Origin: an uncultured Chlamydiae bacterium
Lineage (GTDB): Bacteria > Chlamydiota > Chlamydiia > Chlamydiales > SM23-39
Assembly (NCBI GenBank): GCA_963730605.1
Contig: CAVSSM010000011.1
Span: 32,001-96,000, forward strand
Reading direction: 5' to 3'
DNA: 64,000 bases
Made by a program: the position numbers and the translations under genes. Within the stretch, counting starts at the first letter, position 1, and every line of letters starts with the position of its first letter. Below, one piece after another: positions 19,331 to 29,257 of the stretch. The notes beneath the pieces are model-generated. The model ran no database searches. It was given only the letters and a program-made list of their open reading frames with translations, and was not told the origin of the DNA.

Positions 19331-22199
19331 TTAATGCTGAATGAATTGTTTTTGCCGCTGTACTTTCGAGAGCGCCTCTTGCAATTTTTGCTGGTGGGAT
19401 TGAGGGACCATCTCGAAGCGGAAGATATCGCGGGCGATCCCCTCCCTCAAGCGGATCGAAAAAGCTTCGAAAAGAGCAAACGATTCGTGTTTGAATTCGA
19501 GAAGGGGGTCTTTTTGACCTACGGTGCGCATATGGACATCGGAGCGGAGATGGTCGATGTGGAGGAGATGCTCCTGCCAGAGTTGGTCGATTTTCCGCGC
19601 CATTAGGTTGCGGATCACCTCGCCCAGGACATTTTGCGCCTTTTCAGCATCGGGAATGTCGGGACGATAGTGCACCAGCAGCTCGCGCTGAAAAAGGAGC
19701 TTTTGGCGGAAGGCGGCGATAACTTTAGCGGCCGCCTTCTCATCCTGGTCGCAGTCGGCGGTTTCCAGGCTCACCGGAAAATGATTCATGAGGGCTGCAG
19801 TCAACTGCTCAGGGCTGCCCGTTTTTTCCTGCGGGTGTGATGCGGCCATGTGACTGACGACAGCTTGCAGGATGTCTTCGGCGATCTCGATCGGCTTTTC
19901 GGCAAAGAGGAGCTCGTTGCGGAAAGCGTAGACCTCTTTCCTCTGCTTATTCATCACATCGTCGTATTCAAGAGTATGCTTACGGATGGAATAGTTGCGT
20001 TGTTCGACCCGCTTTTGCGCCGTTTCGATCGACTTGTTAAGCACTTTCGCCGAGATCGGCTCTCCTTCCGGAGGGCGGAACCTTTGCAGCAGGGAGGTCA
20101 TCCGGGGGGAGGCGAAGAGGCGCATAAGGGGGTCTTCAAAAGAGACGTAGAATTTGGAGGAGCCGGGGTCGCCGAGACGCCCTCCCCGGCCGCGGAGCTG
20201 CCGGTCGATCCTGCGGGAGTGATGGCGGGTCGTGCCGATCACATGGAGGCCGCCGAGCTCGCGCACTCCCTCTTTCAGTTTGATGTCGGTTCCGCGGCCG
20301 GCCATATTGGTGGCGAGCGTGATCGCGCCCATCTTGCCCGCATCGGCGATGATTTCGGCCTCTTTTGCGTGGTTCTTTGCATTGAGGATCGTGTGCTCGA
20401 GTTTGTTCTGCTTGAGGATGCGAGAGAGCTTTTCCGATGTTTCCACCGATTCGGTGCCGATGAGGATGGGACGCCCCTTTTCGTGGATTTCCTTGATCTC
20501 CTTGAGGATCGCGTTATATTTTTCCCGCTCGGTCATATAGATCTCGTCATCTCTATCGATTCTCTGGCAGGAGCGGTAGGTAGGGATTTCGAGAACTTGG
20601 AGTTTGTAGATTTCTTTGAATTCATTCGCCTCGGTCATGGCCGTTCCGGTCATGCCCGAGAGCCTTTCGTACATGCGGAAGTAGTTTTGCAGCGTAATCG
20701 TGGCATAGGTTTGCGTTTCGCCCTGGATGGCGACGTCTTCTTTCGCTTCGATCGCTTGGTGAAGGCCATCGGAAAAGCGGCGTCCGGGCTGCGGGCCGCC
20801 CCGTGTTTTCGTCGATGATGACGATCTTGTGGTCCTGGACGATGTAATCGATGTCTTTTTCCATGAGGAGATGGGCGCGGAGCATCTGCCGTAAGTTGTG
20901 GGAGCGCTCTTTGCGCTTGGCGTCGTTTTCGCGTAAACCAATCTTGGCTGTCATTTTTTCTTGTTCATTCAACGAGCCGTTTTGATCGATGACGGCATAT
21001 TCGTGCCCGAGGTCAAGCATGGTGAAATCATCAGCTCCGGACCCGTTTTGGAATTCGCTCCATGCCTGGATCCCTTTGTCGGTCAGCTCATATTCGTTGT
21101 TTCTTTCATCGACGACCATATAGAGCTCAGCGAGAGCGGCGAATTTTTCCTCTTTATTCTGTTCGCCGAAGTAGTAGGTTTCCCAGTTGTCGATCTCTTG
21201 CGCGAAGATCGGGGTTTTCCTTGATCCGCTTCAGGATCTTGTTGCGCGGCGTTCCCTTGTTGACGAGCCACAATTTCCGGAAGGCTTCTTTTTTCTTCTC
21301 TTCGTCTTCTTTGCCAAGCTTCTGTGGCGCTTCCTGGTTTTCTTCGATGAGATGCAAGCGATTCGAGAATTTTGCGCGCTTCGGTCGCCAGCCGGTTGCA
21401 TGAGTCTCGCTGGATGCGGACGAGATGGGCCACGCCCTCTTTCAGTTCATCGTACATCTGGCGGCTTTCGGGGACGGGTCCTGAAATGATGAGCGGGGTG
21501 CGCGCTTCGTCGATCAGGATCGAATCGATCTCGTCGACCATCGCGAAATAATGCCCCTCGCTGCACTTGCTCGTTTCGATTCATCGACATCGAATTGTCG
21601 CGGAGGTAGTCGAACCCGAATTCGGAAGCAGTGCCGTACACGATGTCGCTTGCGTACGTTTCTTTGCGCCGGTGGAGAGGAACATCATTCGTCAAATAGG
21701 AAACGGTCATCCCGAGGCTCCGGAAGATCGAGCCGATCCATTCACAGTCGCGCTTGGCGAGATAGTCGTTGACGGTGACAAGGTGGACCGGCTTCCCGGT
21801 CAAGGCATGGAGATAGAGTGGCATCGAGGCGGTGAGGGTTTTTCCTTCGCCCGTCTGCATTTCAGCGATCGAGCCATAGAACATCGCGATCGCGCCCAGG
21901 ATCTGGACGTCGTAGGGAATCATGTCCCACTTTTGCTCATAGCCCGAGACGTGGACGTCAGTGCCGCAAAGGCGCCGGCAGACGTTCTTGACCGCACCGA
22001 ACGCCTCCGGGAGAAGCGATTCCAAAGGTTCCCCTTTCGCTAACCGCTCCTTGAATTCAACCGTCTTCGCTGCAATTTGGACATCGCTTAAGCTGCGGTA
22101 TTTTTCTTCCCAAGCGTTCACCTGAGGCACAAGGCGCCAATACCGGTTCAAAAAACGGGATTGGTGTGTTCCGAAGATTTTTTTTAAGAGACCAAACAT
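19331..22199 (-). CDS. secA: Preprotein translocase SecA, broken into 5 ORFs by frameshifts (probably assembly errors)
   Basis: [39 protein letters not shown] and [10 protein letters not shown] motifs lie in successive frames. Confidence 0.92.
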
Positions 22200-22362
22200 A
22201 TACTGCTCCCACCCAAAAAATGTGAATCTGCCGGCGTCAGCTTGGCAGCATATTTTTGGTCTTCACTTCGGGCCGTGTCTATCAACACGTCCCTCGTTCT
22301 AGACACAAAAATCTGCGCCGCTTCCTGGGCATTTTTCACACTTTTTGAGCGGTCGCAGTATA
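22199..22362 (-). mobile_element. Palindromic MITE-like element, family A, copy 2 (164 bp)
   Basis: Reverse-complement near-copy of 7104-7268; ends TATACTG...CAGTATA and abuts the secA ATG. Confidence 0.85.
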
Positions 22363-22538
22363 GCACCCTAACTTTGAATAAATTTTAGTTGGTGTCCCCA
22401 TTTCTCACAAGGATTACTTTCTCAATTTTATTAATCAAATTTTTGTTCCTGGTTAATTTGTATAATCTTGATTTTGATTTTAAAGCATATGTGAAAATGT
22501 GGGAATTCCATTGAAAAAATTCCTATTCGTACTTATGA

Positions 22539-22678
22539 GCTGCTTTGTTGCATAATTCTCTGCGGTGCAACATGCTTGCTGTAAATTATTTACCACAGAG
22601 ATCGACCATAGTTTCCTCTCCGTGGTAATATATTAATACGCAACCTCTTGGTGAAATGCAATTATGCAACAACGCCGC
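22539..22678. mobile_element. Palindromic element, family D
   Basis: 13-bp perfect IR TTGTTGCATAATT / AATTATGCAACAA (22545-22557, 22660-22672) plus an internal TTACCAC...GTGGTAA stem. Confidence 0.7.
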
Positions 22679-23816
22679 GTAAAATTGTATTTCCATAAAT
22701 CTCATCGTCACAATAAAATCTGCTCTCCCAATAACCAAGGAGGGTTTTATGGCACATCCAGTGGACCAAGTAGCAAACCGCGACCTAACTGTAAATGATA
22801 GAAAAATTGAGTCTAAGAACCTATCCTCCAATTCTTAATGATTCATTTATGGTCGATTTTGAGGCGATTTTTCGTCGTCGACCGCCCGAAGTAAATATCG
22901 GGACGGTGATCTTTACGAGGGCGGAGGCGCGAAAAGCGCCCAAAAGCGTGCCGTAAAGGGATCGTGAAGAATTGGAGGATAGGTTCAAAAACGATTCAAC
23001 TCTCTCGACTGACATAATCACGAATAATGGAGTCCAACAGGAAAATTGGGAGAAGGCTGCTAAGATTTCCAGGAAGAATGATGCTGAGATTTTGAGCTGC
23101 CGCCACAAAATGTATATTGAAAAACAGGCAAAAGACACGAATTAATGATCCTAAAGGATGCTCGAATCAAGACGAGTGCACCAAAATACAAGATCCAACG
23201 ACCTCCGTATCCCTTGCGGGGTGGGCACGCTTCGGATTCAATTGCAAGCGTCGAGCACCCGCAATGTTCGAGTTCAAAAGCCTCAAACAGCGTAGGGGGC
23301 CCCCGCCTAACCCGAGTACAACATTTGATGCGCTCGCCCTGCGGGGCACGGAAAGTCGCACATGGCGTAAAATTGTATTTCCATAAATCTCAGCGTCACA
23401 GTAAAATCTGCTCTTCTAATAACCAACGAAGGAGGGTTTTATGGCAGGTAGAGTGGATAATAACCGAGCAGCAAACCAGTACCTAGTAACTGATGATAGT
23501 GAAACTGTGTCTAAAAACGATTCAACTCTCTCGACTGACAACAGCATAGATGATGAAGTCCAAACGGATATTAACGCACTTATTAAAATAAGAGAGTAAG
23601 AGTGGAAGAGGTCTGCTGAGACTTTCAGGAAGAATGCTGCCGAGCTTTCGATCCGCGGCAATTATAGGGAACTGGCAAGAGAGACGCAAAACACGAGTTC
23701 ATGATCTTAAAGGTTGCTTGACTCAAGACGAGTGACCAAAATACAAGATCCAACGACCCCTGTATCCCTCCTGGGGGTGTGCCCGCTTCGGATTAATTGC
23801 AAGCGTCGAGCACCCT
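22678..23816 (+). repeat. Degenerate tandem duplication (units about 22678-23260 and 23366-23816), each with RBS, small interrupted ORF and a 105-bp palindromic element (family E)
   Basis: CGTAAAATTGTATTTCCATAAATCTCA, GGAGGGTTTTATGGCA, AAAAACGATTCAACTCTCTCGACTGACA and AATTGCAAGCGTCGAGCACCC each occur twice. Confidence 0.8.
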
Positions 23817-23839
23817 CATCACATGAACAATAAGACGAC

Positions 23840-24742
23840 ATGCAAATTGAATACGTCGATAGGAAGACCGGAAAAATCGAAAAAGAGAAGATCTATGGGA
23901 GGTGGGCTCTTTCCCTTTTATACGGCGAGTCGATAGGAGCCCGGATCTTTTCTTTCATTTTTCTTCCGCTTCTCGCTCGGGCACCCTGGATTTCGGCCCT
24001 TTACGGCTATCTGCAAAAACGGCCCTCCAGCGTAAGAAAGGTGGGGCCTTTTATCTCTGCCTTTAACGTCGATGCGTCAGAATTCGAGACGAGGGATTTC
24101 CACTCCTTCAATGATTTTTTCACCCGGAAATTAAAACCGGAAAAGCGGCCTATCGATCCAGATCCTAAGCGCGCAGTTGCCCCCGCAGACGGCCGCTATT
24201 TCGTCTTTCCTCATTTGAGTATTGCCCTTGGCTTTTATGTAAAAGGTCAAAAGTTCGATCTTGTCTCTTTTCTTCAAGATGCGGGTCTGGTAAAGACTTT
24301 TTCGGGCGGTTCGATGGCGATTGCCCGCCTATGCCCGACCGACTATCACCGTTTTCATTTCCCCGCCGCTGGAGTTCCGCGCGCATCCCGCCAGATCGAG
24401 GGGGCTCTTTTCTCGGTCAATCCAATCGCTTTGCGCAAACGATTGCCCATTCTCTGGGAGAACAAGCGGATGGTTACGGAGATCGAGACGGAAAAATTCA
24501 GCACTCTTCTTTTTGTCGAAGTGGGTGCGACCTGTGTGGGATCGATCCATCAGACTTACGTTGCCGGCCAAAGAGTGGAAAAAGGTGAAGAAAAGGGATT
24601 TTTTTCCTTTGGCGGCTCCTGCATCGTCCTTCTTTTTGAAAAAGGACGGATCAAGTTCGATCAGGATCTGGTAGAGTCAACAGAGAGAGGATTGGAGACG
24701 AAAGTGCTCTTTGGCAGCTCTCTTGGGACTCTTACTTCTTAG
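23840..24742 (+). CDS. psd: Phosphatidylserine decarboxylase proenzyme
   Basis: FNDFFTRKL, RLCPTDYHRFHFP and the FGGSC autocleavage motif. Confidence 0.93.
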   Translation: MQIEYVDRKTGKIEKEKIYGRWALSLLYGESIGARIFSFIFLPLLARAPWISALYGYLQKRPSSVRKVGPFISAFNVDASEFETRDFHSFNDFFTRKLKPEKRPIDPDPKRAVAPADGRYFVFPHLSIALGFYVKGQKFDLVSFLQDAGLVKTFSGGSMAIARLCPTDYHRFHFPAAGVPRASRQIEGALFSVNPIALRKRLPILWENKRMVTEIETEKFSTLLFVEVGATCVGSIHQTYVAGQRVEKGEEKGFFSFGGSCIVLLFEKGRIKFDQDLVESTERGLETKVLFGSSLGTLTS

Positions 24743-25601
24743 TCTCTTCTATGGTGAGGAATGTATGGCAGAACGGGAAGGCGGCAAAGCTGATCCAGCT
24801 TGAAATGATGAAGGATTGGACCGGAGACGGAAAGTTCCTTGTCAGGAAGTAGAGGAGGAAGACTATCAAAACTGTAAACCCAGCGCTTGAGATGCGCATC
24901 TTAAGACGGAGGCGCTTAGGTGGATTGAGCTGGAATAGGTGGGAGCCGTAAGCTCCGATGCAAAATCCTAGAAATGAGCCAATCAGGCGGTAGCCTTGAT
25001 GGCTCGGCACTACAAATGCATAGAGCAAACAGAGGAGAACGCTCAGGAGCACGCAGAAGCTGCCTTTTTGTTCTTTGCAGGATGTTTCGATGTGCTCGAT
25101 GGAGTAGATAAAGACAAAGAGGATGGCAAGACCTATGCAATACCCTCCCAAAACATCGGTTGGATAATGGACGCCCAAGTAAAGACGAGAAAATCCAATC
25201 AGAAGGGCGTAAGGAAGCGCGACAACCCAAGCCCAGGGGCTTTTCCAACCATAGACTAGGAGGCCTCCCAAAAGAGCCGCCGTTTGCGCTGCGCCACTTG
25301 GGAATCCTGGATTATGGAAGGGGAGCATGGCCAAATTAGGATTTGCAACGATCGGGCGGGGCGACTGAAAGAACTCTTTCAAATGGAAGTTGATCAGAGC
25401 CGATAGGATCAAAAGGAGGGCTACTCGGAGGCCCCAGCGAGGTGAAACGGCGATCCAAACGACCGGGATGACGATCATCAGAAAATAGACGGTGTCGAAA
25501 TAATTCAGGAAGAGAAAAATCGGATCCAGGAACTCGTTCCGCAGCGAGGCAATAACCTCAAGCCACTCAATTTGGGTGGTGAAGAATGGTATATCCATCA
25601 A
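24732..25601 (-). CDS. PAP2 family membrane phosphatase
   Basis: KxxFxxPRP, FPSG and SRLYLGVHYPTD motifs. Confidence 0.88.
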   Translation of the reverse strand: MMDIPFFTTQIEWLEVIASLRNEFLDPIFLFLNYFDTVYFLMIVIPVVWIAVSPRWGLRVALLLILSALINFHLKEFFQSPRPIVANPNLAMLPFHNPGFPSGAAQTAALLGGLLVYGWKSPWAWVVALPYALLIGFSRLYLGVHYPTDVLGGYCIGLAILFVFIYSIEHIETSCKEQKGSFCVLLSVLLCLLYAFVVPSHQGYRLIGSFLGFCIGAYGSHLFQLNPPKRLRLKMRISSAGFTVLIVFLLYFLTRNFPSPVQSFIISSWISFAAFPFCHTFLTIEETKK

Positions 25602-25626
25602 ATACGGTTATACACGAATCCGAAAT

Positions 25627-26253
25627 TTAGTGAAGCAGCGAGCAGATTGGGCATGCTTGTTTAACATGCCCGCGCGCAGGGCAAAATTTTCTAGCAAAAT
25701 AGATGATCTGCAAATGTACTTTAATCCACGAATCTTTCGGGAAAAGCCTTTTTAGGTCCTTTTCGACGGCGGCGGGTGTTTTGCCTCTGCTGAGCCCCCA
25801 GCGCCTTGCGCAGCGGAAAATGTGAGTATCGACGGGAAAAGCGGGGATTTGAAACGCTTGGGCGATCACGACCGATGCCGTCTTGCGCCCGACCCCAGGC
25901 AGGCTTAGGAGCGCATCGAAAGATCTTGGGACCTTGCCTCCGTGGCGATCCTGCAAATCTTGGGAGAGTTTCCAAATAGCGCGCGATTTCGTCGGCGCGA
26001 GGCCGCAGGGCCGGATGATTTCTTCGATCTTTTTGGGGGTCAGGCGGATCATCTTTTCCGGAGAGTCCGCCAGCTTGAAGAGTTTGGGCGTGATCTGGTT
26101 GACGCGCGCGTCGGTGCATTGGGCGGAAAGGAGGACGGCGATCAGGAGCGTATAGGGATCTTTTGCTTTCAGAGGAATCAACGGACGGGGAAAAAGATTG
26201 TCGAGAATATCCGCGATGTGTTTGACTTGTTCTCTCATCATTTGCCCAAACAA
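25627..26253 (-). CDS. nth: Endonuclease III
   Basis: LLSAQCTD, LPGVGRKTA HhH and VDTH motifs; C-terminal Cys residues. Confidence 0.92.
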   Translation of the reverse strand: MFGQMMREQVKHIADILDNLFPRPLIPLKAKDPYTLLIAVLLSAQCTDARVNQITPKLFKLADSPEKMIRLTPKKIEEIIRPCGLAPTKSRAIWKLSQDLQDRHGGKVPRSFDALLSLPGVGRKTASVVIAQAFQIPAFPVDTHIFRCARRWGLSRGKTPAAVEKDLKRLFPKDSWIKVHLQIIYFARKFCPARGHVKQACPICSLLH

Positions 26254-27602
26254 AATTTAGAGAAAATGGCCGATAATATGTCTTCTGTCACATCTCTGCC
26301 GAGGATGAGAGATAGTTCGTTCAAGCATGCGCGTAAATCGGACGCGGCAAATTCCGCTGACACTCCCTTTTTTAAACCGTCGATACAACTTTTAGTCGAG
26401 AGGATCGCATGAGAAAGAGCCTGGAAATGGCGATGCTGCGTGAGGATGACCTCTTCTTTTGAAGGGGGGCCGTTTTTCCAAATCAGTCTATAGATCGCTT
26501 CTTGCAGAATATCGAGTCCGATCTTCTCTTTTGCGGAAATGCCGATTTGCGAGATCGTAGGATCGAGATGGCCGATATCGATTTTATTCCAGACTACAAT
26601 TGTCTTTTCCGGCGGGGCGATTTGCATGAGATCTCGATCGCCTGGGCAAAGAGGCCGGCTCGCGTCGAGTAAAAGCAGGATCAAATCGGCCTCAACGCTT
26701 GCTTTTTGCGAGCGGCGGATCCCTTCCTTTTCGATCACTTCTTCAGTCTCCCGGATCCCCGCCGTATCGATCAGACGGAAATGGAGATCGCCGAGCCGTA
26801 AATCTTCTTGAAGCAAATCTCTTGTGGTTCCTGGAATTTCGGTCACGATCGCTCTTTCTTGCTTAAGAAGTGCGTTCATGAGCGATGATTTACCGACGTT
26901 TGGAGAGCCGAGAAGGCAAAGGGATAGCCCTTCATGGAGAGCCTTCCCGTCGTGAAAGGTCGCGGCAAGGCGCTCCATTTTCGCAGTCGTCCGCTCCAAA
27001 CTTCCGATGATTTCTTCCATCGAGGCGAACTCGAGCCCCTCTTCTGGGAAATCGACCCAGGCGTTTATGATTGCGGCAGTGTCGGTCAATTCGGCCTGGA
27101 ATTGGGAAACCGCCTTAGAGAGGGCCCCTTCGAGCTGACATCTGGCAGAGTCCAAAGCCTGGTGATTTTTAGCAGAGATGAGCTGCTGGACGGCTTCCGC
27201 CTGGGCCAAATCGATTTTCCCATTCAAAAACGCTCTGAGGGAATATTCTCCCGGCTGCGCGGGATGCGCTCCCGCCTCATAGAGCCGCTCTAAAATACGG
27301 CGGACGATCAAGCTTCCCCCATGGCACGAAATCTCGACCGTGTCTTCCCCGGTATAGGACTGTGGAGATTTCATGACTAAAAGGAGGACATCGTCGATCG
27401 GCGATCCATCTTGGCTTAAGATTTTTCCATAGTGGGCCGTATGGGTGGGAAAAGTAGACACGGGTCCAGTGAACACCGAGCCGGCGATCTCGAACGCCTT
27501 TGGCCCAGAGAGGCGGATGACCGCGATCGCCCCCTCGCCTGGCGCTGTGCAGGCGGCGGCGATCGTCTCATTTTTTTGCTTTGATCGATAGACAAAATGC
27601 AT
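26238..27602 (-). CDS. mnmE: tRNA modification GTPase MnmE
   Basis: SYTGEDTVEISCHG, GSPNVGKSS, DTAG, NKID and terminal FCLGK; probable start MHFV at 27602. Confidence 0.95.
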   Translation of the reverse strand: MHFVYRSKQKNETIAAACTAPGEGAIAVIRLSGPKAFEIAGSVFTGPVSTFPTHTAHYGKILSQDGSPIDDVLLLVMKSPQSYTGEDTVEISCHGGSLIVRRILERLYEAGAHPAQPGEYSLRAFLNGKIDLAQAEAVQQLISAKNHQALDSARCQLEGALSKAVSQFQAELTDTAAIINAWVDFPEEGLEFASMEEIIGSLERTTAKMERLAATFHDGKALHEGLSLCLLGSPNVGKSSLMNALLKQERAIVTEIPGTTRDLLQEDLRLGDLHFRLIDTAGIRETEEVIEKEGIRRSQKASVEADLILLLLDASRPLCPGDRDLMQIAPPEKTIVVWNKIDIGHLDPTISQIGISAKEKIGLDILQEAIYRLIWKNGPPSKEEVILTQHRHFQALSHAILSTKSCIDGLKKGVSAEFAASDLRACLNELSLILGRDVTEDILSAIFSKFCLGK

Positions 27603-27624
27603 GGCAAGCATCATATTAACAAAC

Positions 27625-28362
27625 ATGGAACTCGGACTTAAAGGAAAGAAAGCTCTTGTCGAAGGGGCCTCCTCAGGCCTCGGGTTTGCTGTGGCGCAAG
27701 CCCTCTCTGCTGAGGGGGTTCGGGTCGCCATTGCCTCCAGCAACCACGGCCGGATCCAAAAGGCTGGATCGGAGATCGGCGCCGCCGCCTGTTTTCAAGC
27801 GGACTTAGACGAGCCGGGAGCCGGGTCGGCCTTGGTAGAGAAGGCGGTCGCTGCCCTCGGTGGATTAGATATCCTCATTACAAATACAGGAGGTCCAAAA
27901 GCCGCCCCCTTTCTGGAGATCAGCTCAAAGGATTGGGAAGAGGGGTTCAGACGCCTCTACTTAAGCGCTGTCGAATCGATCCAGGCGGCCCTTCCCATCA
28001 TGAAGAAACAAAAATGGGGCCGGATCCTCCTTCTGACCTCATGCGCTGCTAAAGAGCCGATTCCCTCATTGACCGTTTCGAACGGCCTGAGATCCGGCCT
28101 TCTTGGGCTCATGAAATCGATCAGCAGCGAAGTGGCCTCCGAAGGAATCACAGTGAATTCGGTGTTGCCGGGTTTTGCCAAGACGGAGCGCCTTTCGCAC
28201 TTGAATCTGGATGAGGAGAAAATTCTTTCCCAGATTCCGGCCAAGCGGATCGGAGAGCCTGGGGAGGTCGCCGCCCTTTTCGTCTTTCTCGCCTCTGGAG
28301 CGGCGAGCTACATCACCGGCCAAGCGATCGCGTGCGACGGCGGGTATCTCAGATCATTTTAA
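27625..28362 (+). CDS. Short-chain dehydrogenase/reductase
   Basis: GASSGLG, NTGGP and YITGQ...DGG motifs; atypical SNxxR in place of YxxxK. Confidence 0.88.
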   Translation: MELGLKGKKALVEGASSGLGFAVAQALSAEGVRVAIASSNHGRIQKAGSEIGAAACFQADLDEPGAGSALVEKAVAALGGLDILITNTGGPKAAPFLEISSKDWEEGFRRLYLSAVESIQAALPIMKKQKWGRILLLTSCAAKEPIPSLTVSNGLRSGLLGLMKSISSEVASEGITVNSVLPGFAKTERLSHLNLDEEKILSQIPAKRIGEPGEVAALFVFLASGAASYITGQAIACDGGYLRSF

Positions 28363-28519
28363 ATACGAGTCTCGTCAAACAGACCGCTGCTAGAGCCGCC
28401 AAAATTCCCCTAAAGGATCCCTTTTTTCCCCAAAAGTCGATGCGACCTTACAACCAGTGGGTGACACCTTCTTTGCCAAGATTAGGGGTGCGAGCCCTGA
28501 TTCGGCATAAAGCGGCCGA

Positions 28520-28888
28520 TCCCTGGCAAAGCTCGGATTTAGCCTTTCGCACCGCTTCCGGCGCAGCCTCAGCAACATAGAAAGCGCTCTGATGATATTC
28601 GGTAAACTCATGGGATTTATAGGCGCCGAGATTGATAAAGTAGAGCTTCCTAGCAGAATTTACCTCGGTAGCATCTTTCACCAACTCGATTTCATAGCTA
28701 TCGACATTTTTCAAATGAAGATAGGAATCGATATGGAACCCTTTTAAATTCCCAAACTATTTCTTAGCAAGCAAGGGATAAGTCTCTTCTATACAAGGGC
28801 CAACGACGAACACGACATCGTGCAGCTCGATATTACACCGGTCCGCGCGTCCGCCGAGATAAACTGCGAATAGTTTTTGTTCCTGCAT
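28520..28888 (-). pseudogene. DUF1543-like protein with in-frame TAG and 3' truncation
   Basis: MQEQKLFAVYLGG...ELHDVVFVVG...KK*FG...HIDSY...KLYFINLGAY...EYH; the TAG at 28757-28759 lies where Trp would be expected. Confidence 0.65.
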
Positions 28889-29045
28889 AATTAGATCGCC
28901 TCCTCGATATGAGGGATGAGTTCTAAGAAGAGCTCATCGGGGTTCTTGTCCGGAGTTTGGCGAGAGAGGAAAAGAACTGATCAAAGAAAAATTTCTAATC
29001 ACTCGGCAACTCCAAGATTACCTTGCCGTTATGACCGACATGTTA

Positions 29046-29160
29046 TATACCGCGCCCGCTCATTTTGAGTGAATTTTGTTGAGCGCCTTTTGCGCCCCAG
29101 TGCTATTAGCTCGATCTTGCTAACATATTAAAGTTTGCGGCGATCTCCGCAACGATTCTT
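29046..29160. mobile_element. Left part of a family A-related element
   Basis: TATACCGCGCCCGCTCATTTTGAGTGAA resembles family A ends; exact 15-bp inverted partner at 32902-32916. Confidence 0.6.
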
Positions 29161-29257
29161 AGAGGAGGAAACTAGGGCAACCTAGTTTCCTTACTCAACT
29201 TTCGACTGGAGAAGTTTTTCGCCTTCCAATATGCTTTTTTTGAAGAAAAAGGATTAA

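Noticed and set aside
19267..19331. Short inverted repeat ATTAACCGGAG / CTCGGGTTAAT after secA, resembling family H ends
   Set aside because: Only 11 bp with a mismatch and no internal symmetry; could be chance
19850..20818. 322-aa plus-strand ORF
   Set aside because: Antisense to the conserved secA core, with no recognisable motifs
23156..23816. Integron attC sites and gene cassettes
   Set aside because: No convincing RYYYAAC...GTTRRRY pairs and no integron integrase in the window
28757..28759. Stop-codon reassignment suggested by an in-frame TAG in the DUF1543-like gene
   Set aside because: Many intact genes here end in TAG and this gene is also truncated; simple pseudogenisation fits better
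29060..29257. Riboswitch (e.g. c-di-AMP) upstream of the SLC12-like transporter
   Set aside because: Hairpins exist (GGAAACTAGG-GCAA-CCTAGTTTCC) but I cannot match a riboswitch consensus; the 5' part looks like element interior. An Rfam scan would decide
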